Shown here: in pieces, positions 60,091 to 64,000 of the stretch | Layout of the letters: each line of letters starts with the position of its first letter | Position numbering within the stretch: the stretch's first letter is position 1 | Source of the DNA: Halocafeteria seosinensis | Lineage: Eukaryota | Assembly: GCA_001687465.1 (NCBI GenBank) | Contig: LVLI01000117.1 | Location: 1-64,000, forward strand | Length of the DNA: 64,000 nt | Direction: 5' to 3' | Notes under the pieces: generated by a model | The model's input: only the letters and a program-made list of their open reading frames with translations | What the model was told of the DNA's origin: nothing | Database searches by the model: none | Translations under genes and position numbers: made by a program

Positions 60091-61008
60091 ATGTCTGCCC
60101 AGGCCAGGAAGAAGAAGAGGAGGTAAGTTAAACATACTTTGCTGCATGATGCATCACATACACATGACCTTCCTTCAAAAAAGAGTTCATTCGTTGCCGT
60201 CTGCAGGACTCACGGAATGGAAATGCTTTTGGAACAATTGGACTCCGAGTACGGCCAGACACCTCCGGAGAAGCGAAGCCGACCCACTGGAGGAGACGAA
60301 GATACAGGAGAACCCCTTACAGCGACTAGTGAGCATGCAAAAGCAACGAAAGATTCTACGAACGACCAGCAGGATAGCTCCGAGAAAGAAGCAGCGATGG
60401 GGCACATCCTGCATCGGTACTGGAAAGCTGTGAGCAGTAAGACAAAGTTTGAGGAAGTGTTACGCAGACTCTCTAGGCCGTGGCAACTAGATAATGCTCA
60501 GAGTCTATCCGTTCCTTCAGCGATACAAAGACAGCTCCAGTCGGTGAGCAAGTTTCACTTTAGAGGACACCCGAAGCAACTGCTGCGAGAACTACGACAG
60601 TCTCATATTCCAGCAGAGGTAATTCAAACGCTACACAACTCTTGGATAAACTACGCAAGAAAAATGCTGAACGAAGTGGTAGCAAATGCATCCACAACAG
60701 GAACAGTGGAGGGAGCACTCAGCGACGGTATGAAAGCGAAACTTTTTGCAGACCTCGCGCTGCGTATCGACCTTTCTTTTGCGCAAGTGACGATAAACCA
60801 GTCACCTGGGACTCGAGCGTACGAACATAAGAGTGCATTCATTTTGGTGGAGACAAAGGAGTGTATTATTGTCTCTATGAAGGGAACTGGCAGAGTCGTC
60901 ATGATGCTAAAGAGGTCGTTGGAGAAACTGGAGCTTCACCTTCCAGATAATATCACGGCAGTCCTCCATGGGTCTCGATTTTGGTCACAAAGAAGGCTCC
61001 TCTGTTGA
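60091..61008 (+). CDS. POP4: RNase P/MRP subunit POP4/Rpp29-like (divergent), 2 exons
   Basis: LHNSWINYARKML, RIDLSFAQVTINQS, ILVETK, VMMLK, LHGSRF follow the Rpp29 pattern; intron ~60123-60207. Confidence 0.7.
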
Positions 61009-61348
61009 AATCCTTGTTAAGAGTTCCTTTCGGGAACTCCCTGGACCGAATTGCCAATATCAGATGTGCATGTCAGTGAGAACAGGAATAGGTACTCGGT
61101 ATAGGCTCCGTTTCTGATGGATAACAATCAAGCTAACGTGGCTTAAGGAATGAAAGTTGCACCTCAGATGTGCGCTAATCCTTATCTTCCTCAGTTCGAT
61201 CGACTGGGTTTTGTTTCCTCTGCCATACAGAAGTACTTCATGCACTACTCTTACAGCGGAGTATACAATATTCTTGACCAGTGGCGCAAGAAACATAAGT
61301 TGCCGACACTTGGCTTCAGGATTAACCCAGGTTATCGTCAGCTCCTCG

Positions 61349-62936
61349 TTAGGATTTCCCCTCTTCTTGTTCTTCTTCCGATTGAGAGGCTTCACCGGAA
61401 CCACTCCATGTGCTAACGGTATCGGCATCGGATCCTCCGCGCTTGAGCAACTCAATTTTCTTTTCCCTCAATTCAGCCTCAGTACGCTCTACTTCCTTTC
61501 TTGTGTTTTTTATATTGTCAAAGATGGCCTGGAGAATCAGAAATACCCCACTTTAAGAGGAAGACCACTGCACCTAGGAGTACTGATACACTCACCTGGA
61601 ACAGAACAAGTTCGAAGGGCCATAGTTTTCGGACGTAGTCCAGGTTCCACACGTGGTCAATATAAGTATCGTAAGACCCCATTTCACAGCAGTGGATGAC
61701 GTCCTGCACTTGCGCGTTCCAAGGATTTTAAAATCGTATCCTGGAACTGCTAAGACCAACTCACCTGAATGAAACGATACTCCCTACTGCATGGTCAAAC
61801 CAAGAAGGGGTGATTTATGCACTGTCCACCTTATTGAAGCATGCACTACGGACCTGGCTAGGAAAATGGAGTTCTCCTCGAGCTTCCGCACAAATCGCTT
61901 GCATTTCTTGAGTTTTTTGTCTGCCAGATAACATATGGCGGCGTCTAGAGCATATCCATTTGACCGAGCTCTCAGAAGATTATGTTCAAGACTCCATTTA
62001 TACGCCCTAGAGTAAAATCGATGAGCATGTTCATATCTGTACCACGAGTATTTTATGCCGTTTTCAAATAATCTCGAAGCGTTCATTATCAAATTGCACG
62101 GGCTTACCTTCCAACACGAACGTATTCCATGCCCCCTAGAATGATAGCCTTTACAGCTTGTGCAATGAATGCATCCGTTTTGTAGTACAAGGCAGCATTT
62201 TCATAGGCTTTTCCCGCTTCTTCGTGGCTGAGGTCGTCATGGTGTAGTTTTGCGATTGACATTTCGATCTGGTTGAGATATGCAGCTAACATAATTTTCA
62301 AGTTTTTAGCAGCGTCGTTGTACAGTCGTCAATAATACTTACATTTGCGCACACAGCGTAATGCCCCAAGTTCTTCATATGCAATACGGCTTTCCGATAA
62401 ACGGTAACAGCTTGAAATGCGTCAAACTTGCTAAACGATTCCCCTGCCTGAATATAGTACGAAGCCGCCAAATGCTCTTGCCGAAGTCTCTTCTGCAGTC
62501 AACATTGTAGCTATTATCCGACGGGAGCTTAAACGAAGAAGAAAGACTTTACGTTAGAGTCTCCACAGGCCACATAGCACTCCCCAGCTCTTGTCCCTGG
62601 AGAACAAAACCAGAAGCATAACATAATGGCCAGGCTGATTGATCTATGTCACAACAGACTTACATTGCGATAGTATACAATACTGTTTCGCGGCTTCTTC
62701 AAAAATTACGCAAGCTTGCTGAAATTTGTCTTCTGCTGAGAGTTTGGCCACTTTTTTCAAGAGAGCATGACCCTGATGAAAAAGCATATATATCAAGGAT
62801 ATACATGATTTATAATTCTGCATTGCTACTGTGCTCATAGAGGGCATAATGGGCATCTTACCTTGTCTTCAAGAGATGTGGCCAGTTGCCACCTCTCTTG
62901 CCCTTGCTTGTTTTTATAATGAGCGCTGGAGGTCAT
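61349..62936 (-). CDS. Divergent alpha-SNAP-like (soluble NSF attachment protein fold) protein, multi-exon
   Basis: Spliced DKFQQACVIFEEAAKQY, W.RAGECY, AASYYIQAG, AYENAALYY, NLLR...GYALDAAICYLA, FLASREYRFI, LDYVRKL. Confidence 0.72.
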
Positions 62937-63210
62937 TGTCTTGTGTCAGCCAAAAGAATAATAGCGAATCTACGTATATAATACACTCAATCCTCTGAAA
63001 GTTCGGTAATACATGTGTAGAAAGAGCAAAGCGTAAAAAAAAAAGCAACTTGAACTCGCTTCAAGTTTAACGCATTAAAGCCTTATGCTACTTTAAATAA
63101 CGATTTTTGTGATGCTTCCGTATACGTTTCCCAGGGTAGCGTAGTTGTGTATATTCTAAATACTGAATACTACAATCTACGCGGAGAGTAGAAGTCATAC
63201 TGGGATTGAC

Positions 63211-64000
63211 TTACTCGTCCGTGTTCAAACACATTGCAACACCTTGCAGCACCCAATGGCTTTCATGGTGTTCAGTGTTTAGAAAAGCGTCAAATACAAG
63301 CCCTACACCCATTGCATTCCGACGCTGTTGTGTGACATAGACTGGGGTCTGGAAAGTACCGTGAAGTTTTAACTTGGAAGCTTCAATGGGAATGATCTGA
63401 ACTATTGGAAGTTCTTCTATCAAGACTTTCGGACGTTGCTCACGGAGAACATTGCGTTCGAAATCCCAACTGGCACCTTCCAGATAGATACCCGACACGT
63501 AGCATCCGTCCTCCGAAGGACCCGGTACGTCTTCAGAGGTGCGATAGTGAGTGACTTCGGTATATAGAGTAGACTTATCCAAGGGCCAATTACGTCGTCG
63601 ACAAGTAGATTGCACCAAAGCAGTGAGGTAAGATTCGGGAATATGCAACCCCGACAGCCAGATCACCGTGGGCTCCCCATGGTCTATCCAACTCTGATAC
63701 TGAAGATGTCTGGAACGGAAATGTTGCATCCATGAACCCAATGGTTTTTGAGTATCGGGAGCGAGGGACTTCCAGAGTCTTGGGATTCGTCCATCGAAGA
63801 TAGCATCTCCTATCTCTTCCAACTGATCGCTCATGCCGATTTCGCCTGCAAGAGCACGCTGAAGATCCAACAACGAGCGTTTCATGGAAGTAACGAGGAA
63901 ATTCCACCGTTCAAGTTCTTGAAACAAGACGACCTGCGTAGGGGTAGGTGCACTACCTTCGGGAACCAACCTTCGTCGGATATTGTGGGTGTCTTCGGGT
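63211..64000 (-). CDS. DNAH10: Axonemal inner-arm dynein heavy chain, C-terminal part (DNAH10-like); gene continues beyond the window
   Basis: PTQVVLFQELERWN, LAGEIGMS, WLSGLHIPESYLTALVQ..CR..WPLDKSTLYT, RRNAMGVGLVF, SHWVLQGV. Confidence 0.9.
   Translation of the reverse strand, partial: PEDTHNIRRRLVPEGSAPTPTQVVLFQELERWNFLVTSMKRSLLDLQRALAGEIGMSDQLEEIGDAIFDGRIPRLWKSLAPDTQKPLGSWMQHFRSRHLQYQSWIDHGEPTVIWLSGLHIPESYLTALVQSTCRRRNWPLDKSTLYTEVTHYRTSEDVPGPSEDGCYVSGIYLEGASWDFERNVLREQRPKVLIEELPIVQIIPIEASKLKLHGTFQTPVYVTQQRRNAMGVGLVFDAFLNTEHHESHWVLQGVAMCLNTDE

Noticed and set aside
1..64000. Alternative genetic code, non-canonical introns, CRISPR array or autonomous transposon
   Set aside because: Conserved genes translate cleanly in the standard code using all three stops, every intron I resolved is GT-AG, and I saw no spacer array, transposase or reverse transcriptase motifs.

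Overview
Gene-dense eukaryotic nuclear DNA in the standard genetic code. Introns are short GT-AG type, mostly 60-105 nt, with donors GTAAG/GTACG/GTATG/GTGAG. Flagellar and centriolar genes (DNAH10-type dynein, MORN3-like, TBC1D31-like) point to a flagellated protist, possibly a stramenopile (inference). I can support about 28 protein genes, including SMC2, DDI1, EDEM, EMC3, FIP1, an E(z)/EZH SET methyltransferase, two RAD6 paralogs, NOC4, MUTYH, RPL12, RNase Z, NAA20 and POP4, plus one tRNA-Lys(CTT). Three items stand out. (1) The unusually long first intron of RPL12 (uL11) contains an apparent mimic of the uL11-binding GTPase-associated centre (H42-H44) of LSU rRNA, with compensatory base changes. 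It overlaps a cryptic 5' splice site whose use would give an NMD-type transcript, so it is a candidate rRNA-mimic autoregulatory splicing switch. (2) A hidden 4-exon microgene encodes a DASH/Dam1-complex Dad1-like protein. (3) A ~3.4 kb accessory island holds an intronless trypsin-like protease and a nested-palindrome array, bounded by a scrambled duplicate of the MUTYH 3' end. Exon boundaries were read by eye, and family assignments are from motif recognition, not database searches.
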